64,000 nt of DNA from an uncultured Thermoplasmata archaeon (GTDB lineage: Archaea; Thermoplasmatota; Thermoplasmata; UBA10834). The notes beneath the pieces were generated by a model. It saw only the letters and a program-made list of their open reading frames with translations, was not told the origin of the DNA and searched no databases. Where the stretch lies: contig CAVRDX010000001.1 of the NCBI GenBank assembly GCA_963719945.1, positions 288,001-352,000 of the forward strand. The letters run 5' to 3'. The position numbers were made by a program, and so were the translations under genes. The stretch's first letter is position 1; the number at the start of each line of letters is the position of its first letter. This document shows positions 48,805-58,265 of this stretch, one piece after another.

Positions 48805-50193
48805 GTGGTCCAGATACTAGACGTGATGCAGAAGGCGCTCGAGGGCAAGCCGATGAGCGAGACCGACTACCAGCTGAAATCCTTCGCGGCTAAGGTGAAT
48901 GCGAAGGTGAAGGAGTACGATATCCACTTCGACAGGAACACTCCGATACCCGACGATCCTACGCTCGCAGATGATGCATTCCAGGCTGCTGTCGACATTG
49001 TCGTCGAGGTGGGGGCATACTGCACCAATACGAACCGGGTAATATCCTATACCGAGAACGAAGTCAAAGAGGCTCTCAGGTTCGCACCGTCAGAAATAGA
49101 ATTCGGCGAGGGAAAGGATCGAAAAAAGCTACTGCCGAGGAGTGTGGGGGACAAGAACCCTCCATGGTGTCTCCTGGGTGCCGGCGGAGGCGCGTGCTCG
49201 AGCGAGCAGTCATTCCTCGCCCTTGTTGAGGGATACGCTGAGATACCCGAAGCGAATGCGATAACCACTCCAGCGCTCACAAAGGTGGGAGGAATGAGGA
49301 TCAGGCCTGCATCACCTCTCGAAGTCCTTGGAGCCCAGAGGAACGCGGTTCTGTTCAGAGAAGCCTGCAACCGTGTCGGTCGTCAGGGTATGCCCGTGAT
49401 GAACACGCTCTCCACTGCCGAGTCTGACATCGCCCTTGCCGGCGCGCTGCATCCGAAGTACGGCCTGCGTCAATCTGATGGCTACATGATCTGCTGCATG
49501 GATCCGATGAAGGTCGATTTCTCGAGGCTGAACAAGGCTACGGTGGCCCTTGGACTCGGCGGGCCTATCGGAATGTGCTTCGGCCCGATGATGGGGGGCT
49601 ATGCCGGGGGACCTGAAGGCACGGCCATATCGAACATAGCTCACCACATGATGGGGATACTGACATATCAGGCGAGCTGGCTTTTGCCATTCCCGCTTCA
49701 TCTCAGATATGTGTCAAGCAGCTGTCGGGAGCTCCTATGGTTGATCAGCCTATCTGGTCAGGCGATCAGCAGGAACACGCATCTTCTATCCGTCAATCTG
49801 AATTACACCTCTGCCGGTCCATCGACGCTGATGTGTCTGCTAGAGACTTCAGCATCGGTGACCGCTGCGGTGACTTCTGGATTGCACATCGAGTCACTGG
49901 GTGTGGCATCCAACAAGGAGGAGGACAGGACCACTCCGGTCGAGCCGCGGATATCGGCAGAGGTGGGGCACGCGGTAGCTGGTATGAGCCTGGCCGATGC
50001 GAACGAGCTGGTCAAGAAATTGGTCAGGGGATATGAGGACAAGCTTCAGACCCCTCCATTGGGGAAGATGCTCTTCGAAGCATGGGATGTAGAAAAGCGC
50101 AGACCCAGCAAGGAGTATATCGCGGTGTTGAAGGAGTATAGGAAGAAGATGAAGGGTTTGGGGATTGGAGTCAGTGGGGGTCCTTGGGTCTGA
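48805..50193 (+). CDS. Monomethylamine methyltransferase (MtmB) family protein lacking pyrrolysine
   Basis: IPDDPTLAD..F.A, GAYCTNTNRVI, EAC..VGRQGMPV, MKVD, GGYAGGPEG, AGPST, EPRISAEV, PPLGK; uninterrupted frame; SD GGAGGTGA. Confidence 0.9.
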   Translation: MVQILDVMQKALEGKPMSETDYQLKSFAAKVNAKVKEYDIHFDRNTPIPDDPTLADDAFQAAVDIVVEVGAYCTNTNRVISYTENEVKEALRFAPSEIEFGEGKDRKKLLPRSVGDKNPPWCLLGAGGGACSSEQSFLALVEGYAEIPEANAITTPALTKVGGMRIRPASPLEVLGAQRNAVLFREACNRVGRQGMPVMNTLSTAESDIALAGALHPKYGLRQSDGYMICCMDPMKVDFSRLNKATVALGLGGPIGMCFGPMMGGYAGGPEGTAISNIAHHMMGILTYQASWLLPFPLHLRYVSSSCRELLWLISLSGQAISRNTHLLSVNLNYTSAGPSTLMCLLETSASVTAAVTSGLHIESLGVASNKEEDRTTPVEPRISAEVGHAVAGMSLADANELVKKLVRGYEDKLQTPPLGKMLFEAWDVEKRRPSKEYIAVLKEYRKKMKGLGIGVSGGPWV

Positions 50194-50221
50194 CCTCGTG
50201 GAATGAGACCCCCACCAATCC
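50162..50221 (+). other. Inverted repeat spanning the MtmB-like stop codon (possible 3' stability or termination stem)
   Basis: gtgggggtc (50174-50182) pairs with gacccccac (50207-50215), flanked by ggattg/caatcc. Confidence 0.4.
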
Positions 50222-50281
50222 TCTGGTCTATGCCAATCATGCGATTGGATTGGTTTATCTATCGAGAATACCGATGGGTGT

Positions 50282-51292
50282 ATGGATATGGAATCTATCT
50301 GCCTAGTCGTTCCAAAGAAGAAGACCGAACCTGTCAGGCGCAGATTGCTGGAGAAGGGCATACTCAGAACGGATCTCCAGGTAGTCTCTGATTCGAAGTC
50401 CGTCTTTCTGCCTGTGAACCAGAGGGTCGATCTGGGCTACCCCATCGAGACCCGCGAGTTCTCTGAACTCGAGGCCCAGATCAAGGATTACAGGTTATTG
50501 GTCGACGTGCCCGATACGCTGAGGCCACTTCTCCCGTCATCATACGATGTCCTAGGTTCAGTGGCCATAGTCAAGATGTCCGATGATGTCCTGCCGCACG
50601 CGAAGCACATCGGGAATGCGATAATGGCCGTGCAGAAGTCGGTCAAGACCGTGTGCGTGGATGAAGGCGTCAAGGATGAGTATCGCACCCGTCAGGTCAG
50701 AGTCGTCGCAGGGGAGGGGTCCACTGAGATCACGCACAAGGAATATGGGCTCACATTCAAGCTGGATGTGGTCAAGGTCTTCTTCTCGCCGCGTCTCGCG
50801 ACAGAGCGCGACGCAGTCGCCAAGCAGGTCCAGCCGGGTGAGGTCATCATAGACATGTTTGCAGGTATCGGTCCCTTTTCCATCATGATCGCAAAGACAA
50901 GACTGCCGAAGGTCATTCACGCCATTGACACGAATCCCGATGCAATCCAATACATGAAGGAGAATATCTCGCTTAACAAGGTGAGCAATGTCAATCCGAT
51001 CCTCGGTGACGCCAGGGAGGTCATAAAGGACCTTGAGAAGGCTGATAGGATCATCATGAACCTCCCTCACAGCGCGAGGGAATTCCTGCTTGACGCGCTG
51101 GACGCCCTCAAGCCCGGCGGAGTGATACATTTCTATGAGATTATGGAAGACGATGAACTGGAGGACCGTTTCCATGCAATCGCCGATATGGCGGTTAGCA
51201 AGGGTAGGGTCATGACTGAGCTCTCTCGGCGGAAAGTGAAGAGCTACTCCCCAACCATGGGTTTCTATGGCTTCGACCTCAAATTCTTCTGA
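50282..51292 (+). CDS. trm5: tRNA (guanine37-N1) methyltransferase, Trm5/Met-10+ family
   Basis: SYDVLGSVAI, HKEYG, VFFSPRLATER, DMFAGIGPF, RIIMNLP, SYSP. Confidence 0.9.
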   Translation: MDMESICLVVPKKKTEPVRRRLLEKGILRTDLQVVSDSKSVFLPVNQRVDLGYPIETREFSELEAQIKDYRLLVDVPDTLRPLLPSSYDVLGSVAIVKMSDDVLPHAKHIGNAIMAVQKSVKTVCVDEGVKDEYRTRQVRVVAGEGSTEITHKEYGLTFKLDVVKVFFSPRLATERDAVAKQVQPGEVIIDMFAGIGPFSIMIAKTRLPKVIHAIDTNPDAIQYMKENISLNKVSNVNPILGDAREVIKDLEKADRIIMNLPHSAREFLLDALDALKPGGVIHFYEIMEDDELEDRFHAIADMAVSKGRVMTELSRRKVKSYSPTMGFYGFDLKFF

Positions 51293-51783
51293 TTGCAGGG
51301 CTTGAGTGTGATGCCCTTCTGCCCCTGATAGTTGCCCGACCTCTCTCGATAGGTTTTCAAAGGCGGGGATTTGAGTTCTTCCAGGACGACTTGGGCGAAC
51401 CGTTCACCTATCGGTATATCGACGGGACCGTTCGACGCATTTATGGCAGAAAAGGTAAGATTGCCATGAAACTCTGCGTCGATTCTTCCAAAAGAGGACA
51501 ATATGCCTCTGCGCACCCAGGTGGTCCGGATCCATATCTGCCCTATCAGATCCGGAGGCAATTCGAGATATTCCCGCGTGCCTATGATGAACCACGATCC
51601 CGCGGGTACGGCCGCTACTCCCTCTCTGATTCTGATGTCCGTCGAGGGGATCCAAATCTCTTCTATCGTCACATCATATCCGTTAGGGGTGAGGTTCTTC
51701 TCATTATAGGTTCCGATCTTCAGGGACCCATCGCCTAACCTGGAGAGTATGTCGGTATCTGACAGAACTGCCACGGTGATCAC
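51265..51783 (-). CDS. dcd: dCTP deaminase
   Basis: VLSDTDI, PNGYD, RTTWVRRG, IDAEFHG, GERFAQ, GNYQGQ. Confidence 0.9.
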   Translation of the reverse strand: MITVAVLSDTDILSRLGDGSLKIGTYNEKNLTPNGYDVTIEEIWIPSTDIRIREGVAAVPAGSWFIIGTREYLELPPDLIGQIWIRTTWVRRGILSSFGRIDAEFHGNLTFSAINASNGPVDIPIGERFAQVVLEELKSPPLKTYRERSGNYQGQKGITLKPCNQKNLRSKP

Positions 51784-52373
51784 CGTTTCTTCTTGCCTTT
51801 CTTCTCGGTCTTTCTCGGGGTGGGTTTCTTCGTCGCTGCCTCGGGATCCATGTCCTTGATCTTGATTGCAGCCTCATTGGCCAGTGACTTGAATCTATCG
51901 AATGATCTAGGCCATTTCTCGGTGAGCTCGACAGCGAAGGCATCGGACACCTCCTGCGGACCATCGAGTTCGATTCGGTCGAACCCCTTTGAGACCAGGA
52001 GTACGCTCACCTGGTCAGTGACCTTGGCGATTCTCTCCCAGTGGAATAGCTGGTTGATTCCGTCAAGCTCCTTGACGAGGTCGACGACATATTCACTCCC
52101 CAACTTTGTCAGCAGGTGAGTATGCAGGTCTGCAAGTTCAAGCGCTGTCTTGGTCACAACCGTCCTGACCTCGTCCATGAACTCATCGAGGTCCTCATCG
52201 CTCATTCTCTTCAATTTTCCTGGTGAGGATGCCATCGAATCTCTGACCTTGACCAATATCGCAGGCTCGAGCTCGTTCTGGATAGTCCTGAGGATTACGA
52301 TTCCATGTCTGGCCAGCGCGGCTTTTGCATCTCGCAGATCCTTGACAAGTATCGGGTCGAGAAGGTCTTCCAT
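51780..52373 (-). CDS. Hypothetical protein
   Basis: 197-aa ORF packed between the M42 peptidase and dcd; Lys-rich tail. Confidence 0.7.
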   Translation of the reverse strand: MEDLLDPILVKDLRDAKAALARHGIVILRTIQNELEPAILVKVRDSMASSPGKLKRMSDEDLDEFMDEVRTVVTKTALELADLHTHLLTKLGSEYVVDLVKELDGINQLFHWERIAKVTDQVSVLLVSKGFDRIELDGPQEVSDAFAVELTEKWPRSFDRFKSLANEAAIKIKDMDPEAATKKPTPRKTEKKGKKKR

Positions 52374-52386
52374 TTCCAGCCTCTGT

Positions 52387-53508
52387 TCATATCTCGGTGA
52401 AGCTGTCGACCTTCTTCTTGTCCATCTTCTTGATGACTTCCACGAGCAGCTTGATAGCGTTCTCCGTATCCGTGAGGCTCAACAAGCCCGCATGTGCGTG
52501 TATGTGTCTCGTCGGGACGCCGATCACAAGGCTCGGACAACCTGCGTTGGATATGTGGATTATGCCCGCATCAGTGCCCCCTCTTGCTATCTGGGAAAGC
52601 TGGTATGGTATCTTGGACCTGTCTGCGGTCGAGAGCACGAACTCAAGCAGTTCCTGATTGGGTATCATGGACGAGTCATAGGTCGTTATCGAAGGTCCAA
52701 GTCCCATCTTCGTCGGTGCCTCGCTCGGTTCGATTCCGGGGACATCCCCTGCTATATCTACCTCAAGTGTGAGACAGACATCGGGGTTCACGACATGAGC
52801 TGTAGTCCTCGCGCCCCTGAGCCCGACCTCTTCCTGAGTGGTGGCTGCTCCTACGACTGTGTTGGGATGCTTGATCTTCTGCTCTGACAGGGTCCGGACC
52901 ACTTCAGCTGCGATGAACGTGCCTATCCTGTCATCGAATGCCTTTCCGATGGCGATGGTGTCGCTGCCCTTCTTCTTGCCATCCCTGAATATCTTCTTCT
53001 CGATGGTCGAGAAGCACGAGTCTGGCATTATGGGGTTACCCAGCCTCACGCCCATCTCCTTGGCTTCGTCTTCGTTTGATGCTCCAATATCGATGAACAT
53101 CTTATCCTTGGTCACGACCTTGCTGCGCTCCTCAGCTGGGAGCAGGTGTGGTGGCTTCGCTGCGATGATGCCTGGTATGATTCCCTTGGCGGTCTTGACC
53201 TTCACCCTCTGGCCAAGCAGGACCTGGTCGAACCAGCCTCCGAGCGGGTTGAATGTGAGGAATCCTGCCTTGTTTATAGAGGATACCATGAAGCCTACTT
53301 CATCGACATGGCCTGGAAGAAGCACGACCGGTTTCTCGGCCGACCCTTTCTTCGTGAATAGCAGCGAACCTAGTTTGTCTGTCGTGATGCTATCGCAATA
53401 CTTCGACACATATCCTTTGACTATTCTGGCGGGCTCCTTTTCGAAGCCAGATGGGCCAAAGCAGTTGGTCAGTTCTTCGAGGAACTTCATTGATTCTTTC
53501 GATATCAA
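52387..53508 (-). CDS. M42 family (TET) aminopeptidase
   Basis: GPSGFE, HVDEVG, KAFDDRIG, QEEVGLRGA, GGTDAG, RHIH. Confidence 0.95.
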   Translation of the reverse strand: MISKESMKFLEELTNCFGPSGFEKEPARIVKGYVSKYCDSITTDKLGSLLFTKKGSAEKPVVLLPGHVDEVGFMVSSINKAGFLTFNPLGGWFDQVLLGQRVKVKTAKGIIPGIIAAKPPHLLPAEERSKVVTKDKMFIDIGASNEDEAKEMGVRLGNPIMPDSCFSTIEKKIFRDGKKKGSDTIAIGKAFDDRIGTFIAAEVVRTLSEQKIKHPNTVVGAATTQEEVGLRGARTTAHVVNPDVCLTLEVDIAGDVPGIEPSEAPTKMGLGPSITTYDSSMIPNQELLEFVLSTADRSKIPYQLSQIARGGTDAGIIHISNAGCPSLVIGVPTRHIHAHAGLLSLTDTENAIKLLVEVIKKMDKKKVDSFTEI

Positions 53509-53663
53509 AACCTCACCTGTGGCTCCAATCATGTTGACGATAGATAACAGTTGTGTTATGCATGTCGACCGATCCCTTAATGTCTACTTTCGAATAGCTA
53601 GTCCACAGGACTAATATCCCCCTGTGTGTTCGTGGCTGAGTTGCCAATGATGGGTAGAGTGCT

Positions 53664-54182
53664 ATGAAACGGTTCACGCATCTCATCTCAGGAATCGCTG
53701 CAGGGTCAGCGATTGCATCTCTGTCTGGTAGCGAACCCATTTCATTGATGGTACTGGGAGGCTTCTTCGGCATATTCCCGGATTTCGATATCATATTCTC
53801 TGGCCTGGGCAGACGCGTGCACAGGTCTGCTGCATCTCACAGCCTCCTTGCTTCGTCGATCTTCGCTCTGGCGTGGGCGGTCCTTTTGATGACCGTATCG
53901 GGGATGCCTCACTTGTCCTGGTTGGACGCGATCCCTCTCGTCCCATCAACTGTCGTAGTATTCCTGGCTTCGTTCGTCCACACGCTTGAGGATTCGTTGA
54001 CCTTCCAAGGATGTAGGCTATTCTATCCGCTATCCCTCAGAAAATACAAGGGTGGTGTGAGGTACGACGATGTCGCCGCAAATGCTATCCTGACCGTGAT
54101 AGCAGTCGGAGTGACCCTCCTCTTCATCCAGATTGATCTGTCCTCCCTCTTGCCCTTTGTTCTCTCCCTTGGGAACTTATAA
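53664..54182 (+). CDS. Membrane-bound metal-dependent hydrolase (YdjM/DUF457-like)
   Basis: TH, PDFD, HRSAASHSL, HTLEDSLT..G, YPL. Confidence 0.85.
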   Translation: MKRFTHLISGIAAGSAIASLSGSEPISLMVLGGFFGIFPDFDIIFSGLGRRVHRSAASHSLLASSIFALAWAVLLMTVSGMPHLSWLDAIPLVPSTVVVFLASFVHTLEDSLTFQGCRLFYPLSLRKYKGGVRYDDVAANAILTVIAVGVTLLFIQIDLSSLLPFVLSLGNL

Positions 54183-54226
54183 ATGCGGATAAGCTAATCC
54201 CAGCGACAAGGTTCGGGAGGCCAGTT

Positions 54227-54610
54227 ATGTCAGTTATTCAGCCCGATCTCAAATACACAAAGGACCACGAATGGGTGAAGATTGAGGGTAACCTCGCGCG
54301 CATAGGAATCACCGATCATGCACAGACCGAGCTGACGGAGATAGTATTCGTTGAGCTCCCTAGCATTGACAAAGATGTCGGCAAAGGGGATGTTCTGGGG
54401 AACGTCGAATCAGTGAAGACGGTCTCGGAGGTCTTCTCACCAGTCAGCGGCACGGTCAAGGAGAAGAACGACAAGCTCGTCGATTCTCCTGAGCTGCTGA
54501 ACAAGGATCCATACGGCGAAGGGTGGATCGCAGCTGTCGAGATCGGCAACCAGGACGACCTGAGCGATCTCATGTCCGCTGATGATTACAGGAAGCTTCT
54601 CGGCGAGTAG
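54227..54610 (+). CDS. gcvH: Glycine cleavage system H protein
   Basis: YTKDHEW, IGITDHAQ, VESVKT lipoyl Lys, NKDPYGEGWI. Confidence 0.96.
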   Translation: MSVIQPDLKYTKDHEWVKIEGNLARIGITDHAQTELTEIVFVELPSIDKDVGKGDVLGNVESVKTVSEVFSPVSGTVKEKNDKLVDSPELLNKDPYGEGWIAAVEIGNQDDLSDLMSADDYRKLLGE

Positions 54611-54693
54611 AGTCGTTCGGCACTCAAGCGAGCGCCAATCGGCATCTGCTCCATATGGTCTCTCCGACTATGAACAACTGGGAGGTTTGACAC

Positions 54694-55200
54694 ATGAAGA
54701 ATCCGATAACGCCTGGGAAGTCACAAGATGCCTTTTCCGGATTTCCTGTTGTGCTATGTAGCATGAGCGGACCGAAAGACAACATCATCACATTGGCAAT
54801 GTGCCACATCTTCTCATTTGAACCTCCTCTTGTGGCTATCGGCATCGCACCTAAGCGACACAGCTACGGTCTGCTCCGAGACTCGGATGATTTTGCCATC
54901 AACATACCGACCAAAGGGCTTCTGAAAGCAGTCGAGATATGCGGCTCCAAGTCTGGGCGGAAAGTGGACAAATTCGATGCAGCGGGTCTTACTCGTGAGG
55001 ATGCGGAGAAGATATCGTCCCCTCTGATTGCAGAGTGTCCTGTCAATATCGAGTGCATGAAGGTGAAGGAAGTCGAGGTTGGCGATCATGCCCTTTTCAT
55101 TGGTGAAGTGGTAGCTGCAAGAATGGATGCAAAATACGATTCAAAGGATGCCCTCCTCTATTGGGGGGAATACAGGGTGATTGGAGATATCGTGAGGTGA
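54694..55200 (+). CDS. Flavin reductase-like FMN-binding protein
   Basis: SFEPPLV, FAINIP, CGSKSGRKVDKF, ECPVNIEC, GDHALFIGEV. Confidence 0.92.
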   Translation: MKNPITPGKSQDAFSGFPVVLCSMSGPKDNIITLAMCHIFSFEPPLVAIGIAPKRHSYGLLRDSDDFAINIPTKGLLKAVEICGSKSGRKVDKFDAAGLTREDAEKISSPLIAECPVNIECMKVKEVEVGDHALFIGEVVAARMDAKYDSKDALLYWGEYRVIGDIVR

Positions 55201-55208
55201 GTATGGCC

Positions 55209-55697
55209 ATGGACGTTGGTGCAGCAATAAGGGCCCGTCGCAGTATCCGCAAATTCAAACACAAGGCATTTCCGCGCGACCTGCTGGAGGATTTGATGGA
55301 TCACATGAGGCTCGCACCGTCTGCCAACAACAAGCAGAGCTGGGAGGTGGTGGCGGTCGTGGATGACGACCTGAAGAATCTTCTGGTACCTGCATGCGCG
55401 AATCAGGGATTCCTTGCGGACTGCTCTGCGTTCATTGTAGGCGTTTCAGAACCGGGCGCCAAGTTCTCAGTCATCGACATGACGATAGCGTTCGACCATC
55501 TGACTCTGCGTGCAGTGGATCTTGGCCTGGGGACATGCTGGATAGGTGCCTACGATCCAGATAAGGTCAAAGGGATACTGGGCATCCCATCTGATCGGGA
55601 TGTGCCAATATGCGTCGCCGTTGGATATCCTGACCAGGAACCGATGGCTCGGAAGAGAAAGAACCTGTCCGAACTGTTCCATATCGATAGATGGTAA
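55209..55697 (+). CDS. Nitroreductase family protein
   Basis: RRSIRKF, APSANNKQSW, GLGTCWIG, VGYP. Confidence 0.92.
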   Translation: MDVGAAIRARRSIRKFKHKAFPRDLLEDLMDHMRLAPSANNKQSWEVVAVVDDDLKNLLVPACANQGFLADCSAFIVGVSEPGAKFSVIDMTIAFDHLTLRAVDLGLGTCWIGAYDPDKVKGILGIPSDRDVPICVAVGYPDQEPMARKRKNLSELFHIDRW

Positions 55698-55824
55698 TCC
55701 TCATCCTTGCGGTTCTGATCTAGCCGACAGATATTACTATCTCTGGCCTCAATATCGGCTCCGTGGTATTCGATTGATTCAAGGTTCAGAATGCTCGGAC
55801 AATGGAAGTTCACCAAATGCTGTC

Positions 55825-56187
55825 ATGACTACTGGCCCGACATCTAGACAATACGATCATCAATGCAGTTCCTGTGGCAGATCAGTGAGTTCGGAAGGTA
55901 CGTTCTGTCCCCACTGTGGCAATGGTTTCGGGATCGTCGATGATCTCGTGGCCGAACCCGAACCATGGACGATGACTTCTCACGGATTTCTGTATCTGAT
56001 ATCTTTCATCATACCCGTGATCGGCATCGTATTCGGGGGATTGTATCTTGGAACGAACGATTCCGATCATAATGTTGTTGGCAGGAATTGTATAATCCTT
56101 GGTGTCTTGGGTGTGCTGACATATTCGATGATCGCAGTATTGTGGTTCTACATGAGCATCTCTGATGCGATCCGTATATTGACCTGA
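55825..56187 (+). CDS. Zinc-ribbon membrane protein
   Basis: CSSCG...FCPHCG followed by YLISFIIPVIGI and a second TM. Confidence 0.75.
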   Translation: MTTGPTSRQYDHQCSSCGRSVSSEGTFCPHCGNGFGIVDDLVAEPEPWTMTSHGFLYLISFIIPVIGIVFGGLYLGTNDSDHNVVGRNCIILGVLGVLTYSMIAVLWFYMSISDAIRILT

Positions 56188-56321
56188 ACCGGGTGATTAA
56201 GACCGATCGCAGTGCGTGCTCTTGAACTCGTTTCTGATTCCGAGAATAAATCGCCAATGTATAAATGGTCGTAGTCTATTATCTGCCAGAGCCACTCAGA
56301 GTGTGCCTCGGGTGACACCCG

Positions 56322-58265
56322 TTGTTCATCTTCAATACTTGTCCCAGAGACTGTTATGATACATGTGCGATTGTAACGCGAGTCAGGAACGGGAAGTTGC
56401 ACTCGACAGAACCCAATAAAAAGCATCCTTTCACTGGCGATCTACTCTGCCCGAAAGGGAGGAATATCTCACAATACGTATACTCGCGGCAGCGGATCCA
56501 GTATCCTCTCAGAAGAACAGGTGAGAAGGGTGCAGGAAAGTTCGAGGAGATCACTTGGAACGACGCTCTCAAGGAGATTGCTGAGAACATTCGAGAAATA
56601 TCTCTCCGGCATGGTCCGGAATCGATACTGCAATTCGATTACGCTGGAACAATGGGCATGGTTCAGAGATACTTTCCGACCAGATTCTTCAATGTCATCG
56701 GGGCATCTAGGGTATCACACACCATATGCTCTCGTGCTGGAGAAAAGGCCCTTGAGATAGTCTACGGTTCCACACTGGGTATGCTTCCTGATGAGATTGA
56801 GAAATGCCGACTCATTGTGCTCTGGGGGATGAACCCTGCATGGAGCAGCGCTCATACGTTCGAGATGCTGAAGCGCGCCAAGAAATGCGGCACGAAGATC
56901 TATATCGTCGATCCTGTGAGATCGGCCACGACCGAGCTCGGGACGCATCTTCAAATCAAACCGACCACCGATGCAGCTCTCGCCCTTGGTATCATAAACC
57001 ACCTTATTGAGAACAGGCTATGTAACGAAGTCTTCCTCGACCAGAACACCACTGGCTTCGACCGGTTGGTGGGGGCTGCCAGCAAATATGACATGACCAC
57101 GATTTCCAAGACCACGGGTCTCAAGACTCGCGAGATCGAGGATTTCATAGGAGATTTCGTCTCTCTCCGACCTAACTGTATAATGATTGGATACGGGATG
57201 CAGCGTCATAGGAATGGCGGTGATATGGTCCGTGCGATCAGCATACTGCCCGCATTGATTGGGGAGAACCGCGGGTTCTATTATTCGACGGACCTCGGCG
57301 ATTTCGATATGGATTATCTGGAGGGTGCCTCACTCCGTACTCGGAAGCGTGTGGAGCATAACATGGTGGACATCGGCCGTACCCTTCAGTCGAACAAGAT
57401 CAAGATGATGTTCGTATACAATTCTAATCCGCTTGCAACGCTGCCCAATCAGAGATTGTTGCGAGATGGCTTCATGAAGAAGGACATATTCACGGTCGTT
57501 CATGACCTGTTCATGACCGACACAGCGGACCATGCGGATATCGTGCTTCCTGCAACCAGCTTTTTCGAGCATTTCGATATCCATACCTCGTATCTCCACA
57601 ATTATTTCTCGATAAATGAGAAGGCGATCGAGCCGATAGGCGAAGCCAGGTCCAACAGTGATGTCTTCCGATCGCTCGCCAAGATAATGAATCTGCAGAC
57701 CAAGGAACTCTTCGAAGAAGATGAGAAGGTCGCACGCACGCTGTTATCGAAGAGCAAGGTCGTCGAGGGCAAGTTTGAGGACCTGAAGAAGAAGGGCTTC
57801 TTGAGGATGAAGGTCCCGAACAGGTCAATCTACAACACGCCCACTCGGAAGATCGAATTATATTCCGCTGCGGCAGATGCCGCTGGATTGGGCGGATTGC
57901 CTGTTCATGTCGAGGTGCGGAGAACTCAGCCATTCATCCTGCTTTCACCGGTGCATAAATTCCTCGTCCGGTCCCAGTATCATCTCCGATGGCCGGATAT
58001 CCGACCAGTGGTATACATGAACGAGAAGGACGCCCGTGAAGAGAGCATCGAGAGCGGATCTCTGATCACGCTCAAGAACGAATTCGGCGAATGGTCCGTT
58101 ACATGTGAGATCTCTGACATCGTCCTTCCTGGGGTCCTGGTGACATATTCCGTGCTATGGCCTAAATTGTGTGGCGGCACGAACGTCAACTTCGTCACGA
58201 CGGATTTCGTGCAGAAGTACGGGCAGAACTCCGCCTTCAACTCGACCTTCGTCAAGATAATCTAA
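56322..58265 (+). CDS. Molybdopterin (bis-MGD/DMSO reductase family) oxidoreductase, cytoplasmic
   Basis: CPRDCYDTC, LCPKG, YPLRR, GTMG, TICSRAG, SNP, MTDTADHADIVLPA; no Tat signal. Confidence 0.92.
   Translation: MFIFNTCPRDCYDTCAIVTRVRNGKLHSTEPNKKHPFTGDLLCPKGRNISQYVYSRQRIQYPLRRTGEKGAGKFEEITWNDALKEIAENIREISLRHGPESILQFDYAGTMGMVQRYFPTRFFNVIGASRVSHTICSRAGEKALEIVYGSTLGMLPDEIEKCRLIVLWGMNPAWSSAHTFEMLKRAKKCGTKIYIVDPVRSATTELGTHLQIKPTTDAALALGIINHLIENRLCNEVFLDQNTTGFDRLVGAASKYDMTTISKTTGLKTREIEDFIGDFVSLRPNCIMIGYGMQRHRNGGDMVRAISILPALIGENRGFYYSTDLGDFDMDYLEGASLRTRKRVEHNMVDIGRTLQSNKIKMMFVYNSNPLATLPNQRLLRDGFMKKDIFTVVHDLFMTDTADHADIVLPATSFFEHFDIHTSYLHNYFSINEKAIEPIGEARSNSDVFRSLAKIMNLQTKELFEEDEKVARTLLSKSKVVEGKFEDLKKKGFLRMKVPNRSIYNTPTRKIELYSAAADAAGLGGLPVHVEVRRTQPFILLSPVHKFLVRSQYHLRWPDIRPVVYMNEKDAREESIESGSLITLKNEFGEWSVTCEISDIVLPGVLVTYSVLWPKLCGGTNVNFVTTDFVQKYGQNSAFNSTFVKII

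Noticed and set aside
48152-50193. Evidence of methanogenesis or pyrrolysine use
   Set aside because: No amber codon in the MtmB homologue and no mcr, pyl or CoM methyltransferase genes in the window
52150-53614. Long plus-strand ORFs (245 and 258 aa) and similar antisense ORFs elsewhere
   Set aside because: Ser/Pro-rich shadows of well-supported opposite-strand genes, with no motifs
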